Source: Pseudomonadota bacterium
GTDB taxonomy: Bacteria > UBA10199 > 2-02-FULL-44-16 > JAAZCA01
Assembly (NCBI GenBank): GCA_043822785.1
Contig: JBDRBN010000047.1
Location: 1 to 14,504, forward strand
Length of the DNA stretch: 14,504 bases
Reading direction: 5' to 3'
Shown: in pieces, positions 12,389 to 14,504 of the stretch
How positions within the stretch are numbered: position 1 is the first letter of the stretch
Layout of the letters: each line of letters opens with the position of its first letter
The notes under the pieces: generated by a model
What the model saw: only the letters and a program-made list of their open reading frames with translations
The model's database searches: none
Told to the model about the DNA's origin: nothing
Position numbers and translations under genes: made by a program

Positions 12389-12907
12389 CTAAGCTTCTTT
12401 TGTATCTTTGATAGCATTTAGCGCGTAGAGCAATTTTCTAGGAACTGCAGCCAATACGCTTGCCATATTTGTAGCCGGAGCATTGAACGAAAAGAGCACT
12501 CTTGCGAGAAGCGTCTCACGAGATGGCATCTTAGCCAACGACTGTACATCTGCCAGTGTAAGATCCCTGCCTTCTAGATAGCCGCCCTTAAGCGTAAGCT
12601 TATCGTGCATCTTTGCGAATTCGACAAGAGCCTTTGCCGGATTCACAGGATCTATCTCAGACGTTGCCAGCGCCGTGGGACCTTCGAAATATTTTTCAAG
12701 CGTCTCAAGACCCATTTCTTTCAGAACGCGCTTGAAGAGACTATTCTTAATCACTTTAAATGAAGAACCATCATCGCGGAGCTTTGATCGAAGTTCTGTC
12801 ATCTCCGATACTTTGAGACCACGGTAATCAGCAAAGATCATAACCTTGGCCTTATCAACGCGCTTGGCCAGAGACTTAACTTGCTCTACCTTCTCTTCTC
12901 TTCTCAC
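12389..12907 (-). CDS. rplJ: 50S ribosomal protein L10 (uL10)
   Basis: 172 aa with a GTG start and SD AAGGAGG (12913-12919). Motifs ADYRGLKVSEMTELR, KVIKNSL, GPTA and LAKMPSRETLL. Synteny between rplA and rplL. Confidence 0.97.
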   Translation of the reverse strand: MRREEKVEQVKSLAKRVDKAKVMIFADYRGLKVSEMTELRSKLRDDGSSFKVIKNSLFKRVLKEMGLETLEKYFEGPTALATSEIDPVNPAKALVEFAKMHDKLTLKGGYLEGRDLTLADVQSLAKMPSRETLLARVLFSFNAPATNMASVLAAVPRKLLYALNAIKDTKEA

Positions 12908-12929
12908 AGTGCCCTCCTTGATCTAGGCG

Positions 12930-13619
12930 CTATAGCTGCGCAGTATCCACCCTGACGCCTGGAGACATCGTAGCGGATACGGTCATCGACTTGATATATG
13001 TTCCCTTAGCAGAAGCAGGCTTTGCCTTCTTGATAGCATCGATAAGAGCTGTGATATTCTCTTGCAGTTTGGCAGCTCCAAAAGAACGCTTTCCCACTGG
13101 AGCATGTATTATAGCGCCCTTGTCGATCCTAAACTGGACTTTGCCAGCCTTTTGTTCTGAAACGGCTTTTGTTACATCCATAGTCACGGTGCCAAGCTTT
13201 GGATTGGGCATGAGACCTCTTGGGCCCAATACCTTGCCAAGCTTTCCTACAACTCCCATCATGTCAGGTGTAGCCACGACCTTGTCGAACTCTAGCCATC
13301 CTCCCTCTATTTTCTCGGCAAGCTCCTCTGCGCCCACGGTGTCAGCACCGGCTTCGGTAGCTTCTTTCGCCTTATCCCCCTTTGCAAACACGAGAACCCG
13401 TACCTTCTTTCCGAGGCCGTGTGGAAGCGTCACTGCACCGCGAACCGTCTGATCGGTTTGTTTTGCATCAATCCCGAGTCGTAAAGCAATATCGATGGTC
13501 TCATCGAACTTCGCCTTTGCAAACGACTCTAGGATGTTAAGAGCATCTGCCAGACTTAGCTTTTTCTGAGAGTCGACCTTTTCGGAATCAGACTTATACC
13601 TCTTACCTGCTCTTACCAT
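12930..13619 (-). CDS. rplA: 50S ribosomal protein L1 (uL1), start revised to ATG 13619 (229 aa)
   Basis: [44 protein letters not shown] and TMSPGV. The track's GTG start at 13625 lies inside the SD AGGAGGTGA (13622-13630). Confidence 0.98.
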   Translation of the reverse strand: MVRAGKRYKSDSEKVDSQKKLSLADALNILESFAKAKFDETIDIALRLGIDAKQTDQTVRGAVTLPHGLGKKVRVLVFAKGDKAKEATEAGADTVGAEELAEKIEGGWLEFDKVVATPDMMGVVGKLGKVLGPRGLMPNPKLGTVTMDVTKAVSEQKAGKVQFRIDKGAIIHAPVGKRSFGAAKLQENITALIDAIKKAKPASAKGTYIKSMTVSATMSPGVRVDTAQL

Positions 13620-13628
13620 ATTCACCTC

Positions 13629-13675
13629 CTGTTGTGCGAACGTGCTGCGCTGTTGTGCGCTAGCACTCCAACAGC
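13629..13675 (-). promoter_or_regulatory. Candidate structured regulatory element before rplA (bulged hairpin plus 10-bp direct repeat)
   Basis: mRNA GCUGUU-GGA-GUGC-UAGC-GCAC-AACAGC. CGCACAACAG occurs twice (13650-13659 and 13629-13638), and the second copy overlaps the SD. Confidence 0.4.
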
Positions 13676-13678
13676 AAA

Positions 13679-14104
13679 TTAACCTTTAACCTCTATACCC
13701 ATATTGCGCGCTGTACCCTCTACCGTACGCATCGCAGCTTCGATATCAGAACAGTTGAGATCTGGCATCTTGATTTTGGCGATCTCCTCAATCTGCGCCT
13801 TAGTGACTTTGCCGACTTTAACTTTGTTGGGAATGCCTGATCCCTTTTCTATCTTCGCGGCTTTCTTTAGAAGCACAGCAGCCGGAGGTGTTTTTGTGAT
13901 AAACGTAAACGACCTATCCTGATACACTGTGATGATCACCGGAATGATCATGCCTTCCTGCTTCTGTGTTTTGGCATTAAATTGTTTGCAGAAGTCCATG
14001 ATATTGACTCCGTGCTGACCGAGTGCAGGACCCACTGGAGGTGCCGGATTTGCCTGGCCCGCCGGACACTGCAATTTAATCTGAGCCATTACTTTCTTTG
14101 CCAT
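13679..14104 (-). CDS. rplK: 50S ribosomal protein L11 (uL11)
   Basis: 141 aa with [33 protein letters not shown] and [19 protein letters not shown] at 14111-14117 overlaps the nusG stop. Confidence 0.99.
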   Translation of the reverse strand: MAKKVMAQIKLQCPAGQANPAPPVGPALGQHGVNIMDFCKQFNAKTQKQEGMIIPVIITVYQDRSFTFITKTPPAAVLLKKAAKIEKGSGIPNKVKVGKVTKAQIEEIAKIKMPDLNCSDIEAAMRTVEGTARNMGIEVKG

Positions 14105-14115
14105 TTTAAATCTCC

Positions 14116-14504
14116 TTACGTCACCTTTTCTACCTGCGTGAAGTCAAGCTCGATGGGCGTTGACCGCCCGAATATGCTTACCATAACCCTTAGCTTTCCT
14201 TTACCCTCATGGACCTCGTCGACAATGCCTGTGAAAGTGGAGAAAGGCCCGCTAATCACTCGCACGTTCTCCCCTTTCTCGAATTCAACCTTGGCTTTCG
14301 GTTTGAGGGTGCCCTCTTCAATCTGGCTTGTGATTCGTTCTACCTCTTCGTCCGGTACAACAGGAGGATTCATGGAGCCGCCCACGAATCCAGTTACTTT
14401 AGGAGTACCTTTCACTATATGCCAAGTCGTCTCGTTGAGCTCCATTCTCACCAGGATATATCCAGGGAAGAACTGGCGCTTGGTGGTTTTCTTCACACCC
14501 TTTT
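14116..14504 (-). CDS. nusG: Transcription termination/antitermination factor NusG, C-terminal part (5' end outside the window)
   Basis: [19 protein letters not shown] and KOW domain [11 protein letters not shown]...[12 protein letters not shown]. The frame stays open to the window edge, and the gene lies directly upstream of rplK. Confidence 0.98.
   Translation of the reverse strand, partial: KGVKKTTKRQFFPGYILVRMELNETTWHIVKGTPKVTGFVGGSMNPPVVPDEEVERITSQIEEGTLKPKAKVEFEKGENVRVISGPFSTFTGIVDEVHEGKGKLRVMVSIFGRSTPIELDFTQVEKVT

Overview
This is a core housekeeping region, entirely on the minus strand: nusG (partial)-rplK-rplA-rplJ-rplL-rpoB-rpoC-rpsL-rpsG-fusA-tuf (first 9 codons). It is a contiguous rif + str cluster. 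The proteins look deltaproteobacterial-like in the broad sense, which is an inference from sequence style and not from a search. The coding regions are ordinary and intact, and no novel protein-coding system is visible. The unusual signal is in the intergenic spacers. (1) Two copies of a 22-bp palindrome (CCCYGTACC-N4-GGTACRGGR) each have 5-bp direct-repeat flanks and each interrupt another repeat, which suggests a very small mobile element. (2) Inverted heptamer arrays fold almost the whole rpsL-rpsG spacer into a 29-bp stem that pairs better on the mRNA strand. (3) A REP/MITE-like multi-branched palindrome lies between rplL and rpoB. (4) There is no room for an L10 leader before rplJ, while the rplJ-rplL and rplK-rplA spacers look structured. 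A good sigma70-type promoter precedes rpsL. All structures were paired by eye and no folding or database search was run.
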